Of a stretch of 64,000 bases of DNA, positions 32,344-42,162 are shown piece after piece. Numbering within the stretch: the stretch's first letter is position 1; the number at the start of each line of letters is the position of its first letter. The notes below the pieces were generated by a model. That model was given only the letters and a program-made list of their open reading frames with translations. It was not told the DNA's origin and made no database searches. The DNA is from TPA_inf: Saccharomyces (Eukaryota), in the NCBI GenBank assembly GCA_000146045.2, contig BK006936.2, positions 544,001-608,000 of the forward strand, in the 5' to 3' direction. Made by a program: the position numbers and the translations under genes.

Positions 32344-34086
32344 CTAGCCGCTTTCCTGAAGGATCATGACTAACGTTTGCCAACCAGCCGATGAGACAAG
32401 TTTTAGTAGAGATTCTTCCCATTCATTTTTCACAGCAGATTCTATTAGTAACTTCCATTCGTCTGGAGAGAGTATCTGCAGAGAATTTATGTATAATAGT
32501 AAATGAAAGTTCGAGATTTTTTCATGCAAAAGATTGAAATCTCCACTTGAAGCCACATTGAATAAATACTTTTTTAATTCTTGATAATCTTGAGATTGCC
32601 CCATAGCTTGTCGATTGCTCCATGGAAATCCGGTGGAACTAACGAATTTCGAGTTGGTTTCCGTATCGGTATTCGGGAACCCATGAGTCAGCGTCACTAA
32701 AAGATAGTCTACCGGAAATGCAGGCTTCGCATTTTCCTTCACTGTTATACCATATTCATTCGACTTCATGTAAAATATCTCAGGTACATATCTTTCATCT
32801 GTAGTGTCATTAATATATGCCATTGAAGGAAATGTGGACCCACTTATCATATCTGCAGTAACCAATGCTTCAGCTTCTGTGGATACTTGGTAGCTCGAAA
32901 TATCAATTTCACCTTCCAAATTACCTGATATAACGCAAGTTACAAACTTGGAAGAAAAAAAACCTTGTTCGCTATACTTGCTTACATTAGGATGCCTTGT
33001 TTGATGCCTAGCAGCCATAATAACTTCTAATGATGAAAGAAAAAACGAATCCTTATGTCTTTTGCAAAAAACAGACCCATCCCCAGCTCCCGCGTCAGAT
33101 AAATCTGTAAATATTAGGCCAATTCGCGAAAGCCCCATTTCTTGAGCCTGTCTATCAATCTGTAGCATTTCATTCTTGACCTGTTCTACGTCCATGGTTA
33201 AACCGTCTTGCTCATCATGCTGAGGGGGCTCGTATATCGCCTCAACGACGGCCTTTATACCTAAAGGTGTGTTATCATACTTAGAATAAGATCCGTACAT
33301 ATAGCCAAATCTTTGCATACCCGTGTACCTCCACGCCTGAATAAATTCATTAATTATTTCACTCTTCTGAAATTCAACGTGGTCAACCATTCTAAATTCT
33401 TGCTGTTGTAATGTAATTGCCGATGGTTGACATTTAGAACATATCCCCCGAGGCCATGGTTCATGGCCATTATGGCAACGCTTATTGATTCTAAAATCAG
33501 GTTCTGAAAGAGGGGAAATATAAGAGCTGCCGTTCTCCTTCTTATTAGCATTTTCATTTAGCTTTTTAAGATATGAATGAAACGATATATGTTTGATCTT
33601 ATTCTTCTCATGATATTCTTTGTCCCAAGGAGGTAAAGGCGAGCAGTATTCACACATACCTCTATCACCGTGCTTGCATAGTTTTGATTTTTGACGAGGA
33701 ATTAATCCGTCCTCTTTCTCTAGTTCCTCATCTACAGCGAGTTCTTTGATCCTTAGTGGACCGTACCTGTGTTGACGAATTCCCTTGCTGTCAATACCTA
33801 CGGATCCGATTTCAACATTGACACCATCTTTCTCATTAGCGGGCTTGTCCGAATAGTTAAGGATCAGCATGTCACCGTGCTTTAGTCCTAGATCCATCAC
33901 TGTTCGATCAGCTAGTTCAGAAACAGCATGAATACCTTGACCGGGCTTCTCACAAACAGTAAATGTGTCGACATCGGCATTGGGGTCCAGATTACCCACC
34001 AACTTTTCAATGACCGTTCCGAAAAGGTCGTTTTCTTGACAAGAAACCCTGTGTGTACCGTTTTTTGATCTAAATCTGATAAGCAT
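32344..34086 (-). CDS. NPL4: Cdc48-Ufd1-Npl4 complex subunit (Npl4 zinc-finger/MPN), 580 aa
   Basis: 580-aa ORF with an N-terminal ubiquitin-like fold and Cys/His-rich Npl4 zinc-finger motifs (CKHGDRGMCEYC...; HEPWPRGICSKCQP). Confidence 0.9.
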   Translation of the reverse strand: MLIRFRSKNGTHRVSCQENDLFGTVIEKLVGNLDPNADVDTFTVCEKPGQGIHAVSELADRTVMDLGLKHGDMLILNYSDKPANEKDGVNVEIGSVGIDSKGIRQHRYGPLRIKELAVDEELEKEDGLIPRQKSKLCKHGDRGMCEYCSPLPPWDKEYHEKNKIKHISFHSYLKKLNENANKKENGSSYISPLSEPDFRINKRCHNGHEPWPRGICSKCQPSAITLQQQEFRMVDHVEFQKSEIINEFIQAWRYTGMQRFGYMYGSYSKYDNTPLGIKAVVEAIYEPPQHDEQDGLTMDVEQVKNEMLQIDRQAQEMGLSRIGLIFTDLSDAGAGDGSVFCKRHKDSFFLSSLEVIMAARHQTRHPNVSKYSEQGFFSSKFVTCVISGNLEGEIDISSYQVSTEAEALVTADMISGSTFPSMAYINDTTDERYVPEIFYMKSNEYGITVKENAKPAFPVDYLLVTLTHGFPNTDTETNSKFVSSTGFPWSNRQAMGQSQDYQELKKYLFNVASSGDFNLLHEKISNFHLLLYINSLQILSPDEWKLLIESAVKNEWEESLLKLVSSAGWQTLVMILQESG

Positions 34087-34153
34087 ACTTCACTTAAATG
34101 TATATCGATATCAGTAGTATAGGGAAATTTTTCTTCAGAGTACTGTCCTATTA

Positions 34154-34162
34154 TTTGCCACT
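34154..34162. promoter_or_regulatory. NPL4: PACE-like Rpn4 site (TTTGCCACT, reverse complement AGTGGCAAA, 8/9 match to GGTGGCAAA) about 70 bp upstream of NPL4
   Basis: Sequence match to the proteasome-associated control element. Confidence 0.45.
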
Positions 34163-34363
34163 CTTCGTTCTGTATGTTACGAGGGCGTTCCTTAAAATGG
34201 GTAGACGCATCTTATTACCCGCCAAAAAACGTCAAAAGTTTTAGGAACACGTCTAAAAGTTGAAATAATATGTGAAAAAATTGATGAAATATTAATGAAA
34301 TGGCTTATTTAAACGAATTCAAGTACAGGAAAGAGGTACGCACAACTACTTGAGTTTGCCAAT

Positions 34364-34984
34364 ATGTCCGAATTTAATGAAACAAAATTCTCCAACAACG
34401 GGACGTTTTTTGAAACGGAAGAGCCAATTGTGGAGACGAAATCAATCTCCGTTTATACCCCACTCATATATGTCTTTATTCTGGTGGTGTCCCTTGTGAT
34501 GTTTGCTTCAAGCTACAGAAAGAAGCAGGCCAAAAAAATTAGTGAGCAACCATCCATATTTGACGAAAACGATGCCCATGATCTGTATTTCCAAATAAAG
34601 GAAATGAGTGAAAATGAAAAAATTCACGAGAAGGTGTTGAAGGCCGCTTTATTGAACAGAGGAGCAGAATCTGTTAGACGATCATTAAAGTTAAAAGAGT
34701 TGGCTCCTCAGATAAACCTTCTATATAAAAATGGCTCTATTGGGGAGGATTACTGGAAGAGATTTGAAACTGAAGTTAAATTAATTGAATTGGAATTTAA
34801 AGATACTTTACAAGAAGCTGAAAGATTGCAACCGGGCTGGGTTCAATTGTTCGTTATGGTTTGTAAAGAAATTTGCTTTAATCAAGCTCTCTCTAGACGT
34901 TATCAATCAATCTTGAAACGGAAAGAAGTGTGTATTAAAGAGTGGGAGCTGAAAATAAATAATGATGGAAGATTAGTCAATTAG
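34364..34984 (+). CDS. SEC66: Sec63-complex subunit (Sec71/Sec66), 206 aa
   Basis: 206-aa ORF with a single N-terminal signal-anchor (IYVFILVVSLVMFASSY); matches YBR171W. Confidence 0.9.
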   Translation: MSEFNETKFSNNGTFFETEEPIVETKSISVYTPLIYVFILVVSLVMFASSYRKKQAKKISEQPSIFDENDAHDLYFQIKEMSENEKIHEKVLKAALLNRGAESVRRSLKLKELAPQINLLYKNGSIGEDYWKRFETEVKLIELEFKDTLQEAERLQPGWVQLFVMVCKEICFNQALSRRYQSILKRKEVCIKEWELKINNDGRLVN

Positions 34985-35149
34985 TGCCTACTGTGTGCAA
35001 AGATATGTATTCGCTCGTTCAGTGTTTTTTTAAAAATATGTATAGAATTTGTCATTATCTGCGTTAAAAAATAGTTATAAAGTATATACAATAACAATAA
35101 ATGATAAAGAAATATGCAGTGAAAAGAAAAAATTATGAAGCTTTTCCTT

Positions 35150-37372
35150 TCAGTGTTTTCTACCCTTCTTCTTGCTCACTACTTGGAATTCCCAGCCGTC
35201 GTCATCATTGCCTGATAGAGCTAGCGCTTCATTCCAACTTAGTGGATCATCACCTTGTTTTTCGCACGCAACACGTCTTTTAATAAATTCAGTGGCAAAT
35301 CTTCTACCATCCATAACGTCACTATTGGCATAAATTGTTTCTTGAATCAATTCTTTAGATTCTGGCCCCGTAGGTAAACTCAATAATAGTTCTAAGACAT
35401 TGTTATTGGTTATTCCAGAATTTAATTTCATCTGTGATTTACACCATTTGATAAATTCTTGCCGGGGAGAAACATTGTTCATGCTAGCAAAGGTAGTGGT
35501 AGTAGAAGTTGTGCTAGTTTTTGCCGTTAATGAAGAATTTAAACTGGTATTGGTTTTTGAATATGGGGAGACAACGGTTCCTATAGGTGCTTTCCCTTTA
35601 GAAGTCACCGTAGTCCAAGAAGATGTGGTAGTAGATGCAGAGGATGTGGACTTTACTTGTTTGGAAGAACTCTGAACCTTTTCCCATAGTTTTTTCTGCT
35701 CTTCTATGAAATTTGGATCTTCCAACTCCTTTAACGGAGACGACTCTTTCATCCCTTTTGGGCTTTTTTGAAACTGAGATTTAATATCAATAGTTTGATT
35801 CGATGGTAGGCTGGACTTGTTAGCCCAGTTAAGCACGGATTTTAGTTCCTCCTTTTGCTTTTCTTCTTTGCTGTTCCTCTGTTGTAGACCTAAGGGTTCT
35901 CCTTTCTTCTTTCCAGTGCTACTTACACCATTTTTAATTGAAGTTTCGATTGCATTGTTAACTTTGACTTTTGAGGCCCATGGTGCCGGATTCGCGCTTG
36001 AGGAATTTAATGAAGGCAAATCTTTTGATGTCTTAAAGCCTTCTGTTTGTGTTTGTGTGTCCTTTTTTGTCTTTTCTGATTTTTTTTGCTTTTCTGCTTC
36101 CAAAGCTTCTTTTTCCTTTTGTTCCTTTTGTTCCTTTTGTTTCTTCAATAAATCATCCTCTTTTTGCTTTTGTTTCTTCGATAAGCGAGCTTCTTCCTTC
36201 CTTTTGAGTTCTCTGTTCCGTTTCTCTTGTTCATCCAATAACGCTTTTGCTACAGATTCGGATTTTTCCTTCTTCCCTTTTTCCAGCATAGTGGTCGATT
36301 TGTATTCTTGCTTGTGAGATTCATCTGTTTGACTAATGGTGGTTGCTGAGGCTAATTTAATATCGACTCCCTTGGAGGTGGTACCTCCATCCATATCCCA
36401 GATATTGTCATGTGTCAATGGCTTGAAAATATCGTTTTCAGTAGCTTTAATAGTGCCAGTAGCGGCAACACCGCTTGCGTAAGGAGCTAGATTCAAGTTG
36501 ATAGAATCAGAGCTGGTTGTTTGAACGTGAAGTTTGTCAAAAGTAGTGAATGGATCCGTATCATACTTCTCGAGTTTAGTCATTAACTCACCAAGTGTGA
36601 TGAAAATATCGTTTATTCCTAGCGTTTCTGGAGTGCTTCCCAATCTTGAAATCTGAAGGGTTGAAGCAAAATAGCCACCTATGTACCATTGTGACATCAT
36701 TTGGGTAGTAAATGGACCATGAATCTGTCCCTGCGTGTCTATGTACCTCCAACTGGATTCAACTGAAACTGGTGCTGGGAGTTGTGACATTCCGTTCATG
36801 CTCATATTAGGAGGAATATCAGAGGACGGAAACAAATTGACATGAGATTGGGCAGCAGTTGGTGTACTTAATGGAGTAATATCTACCGCCAATGAATGTG
36901 TACTCAGATTCACTCCAAGATTAGCAGCATAACTAAAGGAGGAGGAGGACTCGTTTCTTTGCAATAGTGGATGCTGCTGAACAGGCGTACTAACCCGTGA
37001 TTCAGGATGGTCGCCGTGCCAAAAAGAGGAACTCATTACTCCCGAACTTTGAGGAATAAAAGGCTCTTTCATAGAAGAAAATGGTGACGCAGCACGCTGT
37101 ATACCAATAGAATCGATTAAGGAAGACGTCCTACTGAGTGGATGTCGACCTCCTAAAAGAGGTGTATTGGATCTAAACGTCGATCCAGGGACTGTATTCA
37201 CGCTTGCAGCAACAGCACCGTTTGTATTGTTATTAACGCTCGCAGGGGAGGAATCCAGGATAGTAGAAACACCGTGTGTGTTATTGTTTTCTGTATCGAC
37301 TGAATCTAGTTTTAAGTCCTTAAACTGTTCATCAAAGGAACCGAATAATCTTTGCGAGTCTGGTGCTATCAT
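35150..37372 (-). CDS. SMY2: GYF-domain protein Smy2, 740 aa
   Basis: The track ORF (791 aa) starts at TTG 37525. The recalled 740-aa product starts at ATG 37372 (MIAPDSQRLFG...). It has a GYF-like motif (WRYIDTQGQIHGPFTTQMMSQWYIGGYF) and a K/E/Q-rich coiled-coil region. Confidence 0.8.
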   Translation of the reverse strand: MIAPDSQRLFGSFDEQFKDLKLDSVDTENNNTHGVSTILDSSPASVNNNTNGAVAASVNTVPGSTFRSNTPLLGGRHPLSRTSSLIDSIGIQRAASPFSSMKEPFIPQSSGVMSSSFWHGDHPESRVSTPVQQHPLLQRNESSSSFSYAANLGVNLSTHSLAVDITPLSTPTAAQSHVNLFPSSDIPPNMSMNGMSQLPAPVSVESSWRYIDTQGQIHGPFTTQMMSQWYIGGYFASTLQISRLGSTPETLGINDIFITLGELMTKLEKYDTDPFTTFDKLHVQTTSSDSINLNLAPYASGVAATGTIKATENDIFKPLTHDNIWDMDGGTTSKGVDIKLASATTISQTDESHKQEYKSTTMLEKGKKEKSESVAKALLDEQEKRNRELKRKEEARLSKKQKQKEDDLLKKQKEQKEQKEKEALEAEKQKKSEKTKKDTQTQTEGFKTSKDLPSLNSSSANPAPWASKVKVNNAIETSIKNGVSSTGKKKGEPLGLQQRNSKEEKQKEELKSVLNWANKSSLPSNQTIDIKSQFQKSPKGMKESSPLKELEDPNFIEEQKKLWEKVQSSSKQVKSTSSASTTTSSWTTVTSKGKAPIGTVVSPYSKTNTSLNSSLTAKTSTTSTTTTFASMNNVSPRQEFIKWCKSQMKLNSGITNNNVLELLLSLPTGPESKELIQETIYANSDVMDGRRFATEFIKRRVACEKQGDDPLSWNEALALSGNDDDGWEFQVVSKKKGRKH

Positions 37373-37725
37373 TATTGATGTGGGCTGAGAAGTTGAGTAT
37401 ATAGGGGAGGAGGAAGGAAGGTAAAAGCTCAAGGAGTACGAATGGAAATGATGAACTCGAAGAGACCACTGAACTGCGTGTGTGGGTATTTGTAGTATTG
37501 TGAAAAGTTCCAAAAGGCCCATCAAATCAAATCAACCTATAAGTGGAAATATGAAAAATTTTTTTTTTTTTCAGTGCGACTGAAAAAAAGGCATAGGGTA
37601 ATTGCGGACTATATAGGACACTAAAAATATAGTGTGGCACAACTATGTAGTATAAGTATTACGGCACTAATCTAATCTTTTCAATGGTTTACGTGACAGA
37701 TGTATAAAGAAATTGAGAGCAATTT

Positions 37726-38172
37726 TTAAATGCCTAATTGTTTTTCGATTTTGCTGTGGACGTCATCACCTACCATGGTGCTGGCTTGTAGGCCAGTACC
37801 AGGGTAGACGTCCTCCCAATCGATGCTGCACTCTTTGTTCAGTAGTATGTCACGGTGTATACTACCGTTTGTTGAAAGGGGGTTGAAGTCGGTACGATTG
37901 ACGATTTCCATTTCCATCGTCCTTTTCATTGGTTCGGCAATGCCAAATATTTGTCGATACTGTTCCATTTGTCTTTGGCGCTGTGTGGTTTCCCAGTTCT
38001 TCAATGTTGATTCTAATGGATGTCTGTCATTCAATTGTGTGGAAAGAGGTACTGCACCGCCTTCTTGCTGGCGTAATGTGTCTGGCAAGGAGGGCACTGC
38101 AGATGAAAGAACACTTTTGTCTTGATCTGTAGAGACTTGAGATTTAAAGGTATCTTGTGGGACGATATTCAT
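37726..38172 (-). CDS. UMP1: 20S proteasome maturation factor, 148 aa
   Basis: 148-aa ORF with an ATG start; length and synteny match YBR173C. Confidence 0.9.
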   Translation of the reverse strand: MNIVPQDTFKSQVSTDQDKSVLSSAVPSLPDTLRQQEGGAVPLSTQLNDRHPLESTLKNWETTQRQRQMEQYRQIFGIAEPMKRTMEMEIVNRTDFNPLSTNGSIHRDILLNKECSIDWEDVYPGTGLQASTMVGDDVHSKIEKQLGI

Positions 38173-38276
38173 AGTTGGTATGCAGGCTGTTTCTGGTCTT
38201 GTCTATTTAATACTCATTCCCTCTCCAGTGAGCAGGAAACTACATAATATACTTTAATAACCTCAGGTAGGATAAA

Positions 38277-38285
38277 ATTGCCACT
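38277..38285. promoter_or_regulatory. UMP1: PACE-like Rpn4 site (ATTGCCACT, reverse complement AGTGGCAAT, 7/9 match) about 105 bp upstream of UMP1 in the UMP1/SWD3 divergent promoter
   Basis: The core GTGGCAA is intact. Confidence 0.3.
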
Positions 38286-38337
38286 GCATGGTTACCCGAG
38301 GAGTGAAAAAAGCAAGACCATAAGAAATGCTTGTGCA

Positions 38338-38652
38338 TCACTGGCGGTAGATATTGGAAAGTTTGAGCGTAGGCTCATTCATTTGCAAGTGGCCATTATA
38401 TGCTAACATGTTCCAGTTTGTTACTCCTGTGGGAACACAGAATGGATTGAAAGCTACTTGTGCGAAAATATCTCCTGATGGGCAGTTTCTTGCTATAACA
38501 CAAGGACTTAACATCCTGATATACGACATTAACAGACGAACTGTATCACAAACACTAGTCACATCACATGCCAGGCCTTTCTCAGAGTTATGCTGGTCTC
38601 CAGATGGACAGTGCATAGCTACTGCATCGGATGATTTTTCTGTGGAAATCAT
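38338..38652 (-). CDS. Dubious ORF antisense to the 5' end of SWD3 (YBR174C-like), 104 aa
   Basis: 104-aa ORF lying wholly within the SWD3 5' region on the opposite strand; probably not protein-coding. Confidence 0.15.
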   Translation of the reverse strand: MISTEKSSDAVAMHCPSGDQHNSEKGLACDVTSVCDTVRLLMSYIRMLSPCVIARNCPSGDIFAQVAFNPFCVPTGVTNWNMLAYNGHLQMNEPTLKLSNIYRQ

Positions 38653-39355
38653 TCATTTATCTTATGGGCTGCTGCACACTTTTATCGGCCATACAGCGCC
38701 AGTGATATCTCTGACATTCAATAGAAAGGGGAACTTGCTGTTTACATCCTCAATGGACGAAAGTATCAAAATATGGGACACACTGAACGGGTCTTTGATG
38801 AAAACAATATCTGCACACTCAGAAGCAGTTGTGTCGGTGGACGTACCCATGAATGATTCATCCATTCTGAGTTCAGGTTCATATGACGGGCTCATACGGA
38901 TCTTTGATGCAGAGACGGGCCATTGTTTGAAGACATTGACCTATGACAAGGATTGGAAAAGAGAAAATGGTGTGGTACCCATCTCCCAAGTTAAGTTTTC
39001 TGAGAATGCAAGATATCTCCTGGTGAAATCGCTGGACGGTGTAGTGAAAATATGGGATTGCATCGGGGGTTGTGTAGTTCGTACTTTCCAGGTTCAGCCT
39101 CTTGAAAAGGGCGTACTGCATCATTCCTGCGGTATGGACTTCTTAAATCCTGAAGATGGATCCACTCCTTTGGTGATCAGCGGTTATGAAAATGGCGATA
39201 TATATTGTTGGAATTCTGATACAAAAAGCCTCTTACAGTTGCTCGATGGTTCTTTATATCACCACAGCAGCCCTGTAATGAGCATACATTGCTTCGGTAA
39301 TATAATGTGTTCCCTTGCATTGAATGGAGATTGCTGTTTATGGAGATGGGTTTAA
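38408..39355 (+). CDS. SWD3: WD40-repeat subunit of COMPASS (Set1C), 315 aa
   Basis: The track ORF starts at TTG 38354. The first ATG at 38408 gives 315 aa with WD repeats (…SPDGQ…ASDD…IWD…). Confidence 0.85.
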   Translation: MFQFVTPVGTQNGLKATCAKISPDGQFLAITQGLNILIYDINRRTVSQTLVTSHARPFSELCWSPDGQCIATASDDFSVEIIHLSYGLLHTFIGHTAPVISLTFNRKGNLLFTSSMDESIKIWDTLNGSLMKTISAHSEAVVSVDVPMNDSSILSSGSYDGLIRIFDAETGHCLKTLTYDKDWKRENGVVPISQVKFSENARYLLVKSLDGVVKIWDCIGGCVVRTFQVQPLEKGVLHHSCGMDFLNPEDGSTPLVISGYENGDIYCWNSDTKSLLQLLDGSLYHHSSPVMSIHCFGNIMCSLALNGDCCLWRWV

Positions 39356-39719
39356 AGAATCTGCGTTATGTACACGACAGACATTCCCTTAAGGTGTAAC
39401 ACAAGAGTATATATAGATATATTATAGACGTTTAAAAGTTTTAAGGGATCGGATTTTCAGCCAGATATTTTTTACTTTATTCTAATTTTTTTTTTTATTT
39501 TTCACTGCTGCTGTCTTGCGTGATGAGTAAGATATCCTAAAAAACTACTAAGGGAAGTTCGGGCAGCTTTCAACATTAAGTGTTCACATCTCGAAGAACT
39601 CGCGCCTTAAACCAGCCTATACAAAAGCTTAGTACAGATTACCTACTGCATTGATAGCTAGCATCTGTCTTGTTAATAAATTAGCTTGCCATAAAATTAG
39701 GGAAATTTTTACTCACAAT

Positions 39720-40658
39720 ATGAATATAATGAAAAGACAATTATGCACCTCCTCTAAGCGATTTTTTTCTACAGCAAAAAACGTTGTCAAATATAATACG
39801 ATTCAGGATATCAGGAACAAATATTTTACTGGTACGCCTTTGTCGATGTGTACTGCGTATGACTTCATTACTGCAACATGGGTTAACAAGGCTAATTGTG
39901 ATTTACTCTTAGTCGGAGATTCTTTGGCGATGACTTCATTGGGGTACGATAGCACAATTACACTATCCTTGAATGAGTTTAAATATCATGTTGCCTCTGT
40001 GTGCAGAGCTGAAGGTTCTTCCATGGTAGTGGTAGACATGCCATTCGGTACGTTTGAATCGGGCATATCTGATGGCTTGAAGAATGCCATAGATATCATG
40101 AAATTGGACAGTAAAGTCACCTCAGTCAAAGTTGAAGTCGGTTCTTACACCAAAGACAAATATGCAATGAAATTTATTGAAGAACTGTGCTCCCGGGGTA
40201 TACCTGTTATGGCTCATATAGGACTAACTCCCCAAAAAGTTCATTCACTTGGAGGTTATAAAGTGCAAGGTAGCAAAAGTCTATTACAAATGCAGGAGCT
40301 GTATGAAACCGCCATGCAACTACAAAAAATTGGCTGTTGGTCTATCCTGATTGAATGTGTCCCCCATAAGATGGCTCAGTTCATAACATCTAAACTCTCA
40401 GTACCAACAATAGGTATCGGTGCAGGTAACGGTACCAGTGGACAAGTTCTAGTTATATCTGACCTTCTCGGGATGCAAGGCGATTCTGTCCCAAAATTTG
40501 TGAAGCAAGCTGTAAATATGACAGATATTGCCACTCAGGGCTTGAAGGAGTACATTGCAAGTGTAGAGGATAGGACATTTCCTGAGAGAGGTACTCATAC
40601 TTTCAAAGTTAAGGAGGACTTATGGAATGAATTCCTCTCTTCAATTAACGAAAAGTAA
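39720..40658 (+). CDS. ECM31: Ketopantoate hydroxymethyltransferase (pantothenate biosynthesis), 312 aa
   Basis: The track ORF starts at TTG 39651. ATG at 39720 gives 312 aa (MNIMKRQLC...). PanB-like motifs (LLVGDSLAMT, GIGAGN); the N-terminus looks like a mitochondrial presequence. Confidence 0.85.
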   Translation: MNIMKRQLCTSSKRFFSTAKNVVKYNTIQDIRNKYFTGTPLSMCTAYDFITATWVNKANCDLLLVGDSLAMTSLGYDSTITLSLNEFKYHVASVCRAEGSSMVVVDMPFGTFESGISDGLKNAIDIMKLDSKVTSVKVEVGSYTKDKYAMKFIEELCSRGIPVMAHIGLTPQKVHSLGGYKVQGSKSLLQMQELYETAMQLQKIGCWSILIECVPHKMAQFITSKLSVPTIGIGAGNGTSGQVLVISDLLGMQGDSVPKFVKQAVNMTDIATQGLKEYIASVEDRTFPERGTHTFKVKEDLWNEFLSSINEK

Positions 40659-40806
40659 AATATATAGATAAAAATCACTGCATAGGGAAAAAAACTTTAA
40701 ATTTTAGGTATACTGAAGACAACAAAAAATACATAACTTAAAATAAAGGGGCATTGATCCAATGTTGTATAAATACATAGGAAAGTGGTTTGAAAATTGT
40801 GTGACA

Positions 40807-42162
40807 TCATACGACTAATTCATCAAACTTAGTGAAAAATTCTGCAATTGCCTTGGTAGCCCACGAGTTGTTGTCTTTATCTAGGTAAGCTAAATGACCA
40901 CCTAAATCGGTTCTACAATACAAAATACGAGGATTCTTTTCCACGATTGAGTATGGTTGATCTGGGCCGACAACAGGATCATCCCTGGAATTGATAACAA
41001 GGGTAGGAACCCGAATTGTATCAACTCTGTTTATTGAGCTGGCCGCTTTATAATACTCCATAGCATTTGGGAAGCCTAAAGCAGGCGCAGTGTACACTTC
41101 ATCAAATTCCCGGGTCGATTTAAAGCTCTTTGCCTTTATTAGATTTTCAGGCGTGAACATATAGAAAGATGGATTCTTGACTGTGGGAGGATGATCGGGG
41201 AGAGAGCCATTTGGAACTCCTAATTCACCCATATTAACCTGAACGGTTCTTGTTAAGAATTGCGCAATATTTTTGGAAAATAAAGTTCTTGACCACCAAT
41301 CCTGGCTCATCCTAATTGCTGAAAGGAGAAGATCCCAAGGATTGCACAAAGTAGCAGCTGCGGATAAAGGTGATTTATCGCCCTCTTCTCCCAGATAGTT
41401 TGCCAGCATCGTAGCACCAAAAGAGCATCCCACAGCGTATAGTTTTCTATCTGGATGTCTTTGCTTTTCTCTTTGCAAAAACTCGCGAATATCCATTGTG
41501 TGATAAGCTGTAAATAAATTTCTGGTGGTAATTTTGGAACGTGCACAACCTCTGGTATTTAGGACGACCACTTGAAATCTCCCACTGCGAGACAGGTTTT
41601 CAGCAAGAGATCTTATAATCGGCTCATGACTACCACCAGCAAGACCATGTAGAATAACTACTAGGGGTAGATCAACCTCCCGTAGTTCTTCCAACTCATT
41701 ATCTTTCAGGTACCTTGTACGTGGTTGTAAACGAGGCCATCCTTCTGGATGTGTCGCCTTCTCGTCTTTATCAAATTTTTTTTTATCAAAGCTCGTAGTA
41801 CTTTGATCGAATTCATAATCCTTTTTCCATGAATCTATGAGCCAGTCAGCGGTGCAAACTCCACCATCCGAGAATTTGACAATTTCCCTGCCGTAGAATA
41901 CAGGAAATTTCTTAGAGAAATCAGCAGCACCTAAGTACAAAGTTTGCAAAATACCTGTGAACAAGTAAGGACTCAATTTGAATTGGGCACCATTCTTCAA
42001 CGTTGGGACATATTTGTTAGCGAACTCGTCAAAATCAACTTGCTCCTTGTTGTCTTTTAAATGGAGTTTAATGGAACCATTTTCACCGACAATATGCGAA
42101 ACTGTACCATTGTATCCCCAATGGAATGGGTTGATTGCTGGCCATTTGGAAACTTCTGACAT
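40807..42162 (-). CDS. EHT1: Alpha/beta-hydrolase acyl-CoA:ethanol O-acyltransferase / esterase, 451 aa
   Basis: 451-aa ORF with the alpha/beta-hydrolase nucleophile elbow GCSFG; matches YBR177C. Confidence 0.9.
   Translation of the reverse strand: MSEVSKWPAINPFHWGYNGTVSHIVGENGSIKLHLKDNKEQVDFDEFANKYVPTLKNGAQFKLSPYLFTGILQTLYLGAADFSKKFPVFYGREIVKFSDGGVCTADWLIDSWKKDYEFDQSTTSFDKKKFDKDEKATHPEGWPRLQPRTRYLKDNELEELREVDLPLVVILHGLAGGSHEPIIRSLAENLSRSGRFQVVVLNTRGCARSKITTRNLFTAYHTMDIREFLQREKQRHPDRKLYAVGCSFGATMLANYLGEEGDKSPLSAAATLCNPWDLLLSAIRMSQDWWSRTLFSKNIAQFLTRTVQVNMGELGVPNGSLPDHPPTVKNPSFYMFTPENLIKAKSFKSTREFDEVYTAPALGFPNAMEYYKAASSINRVDTIRVPTLVINSRDDPVVGPDQPYSIVEKNPRILYCRTDLGGHLAYLDKDNNSWATKAIAEFFTKFDELVV

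Noticed and set aside
38338-38652. YBR174C, YBR178W (42071..42445) and YBR190W (61966..62277) as real genes
   Set aside because: All three overlap well-supported genes or promoter sequence on the other strand or frame and have no features. I list them only as low-confidence dubious ORFs.
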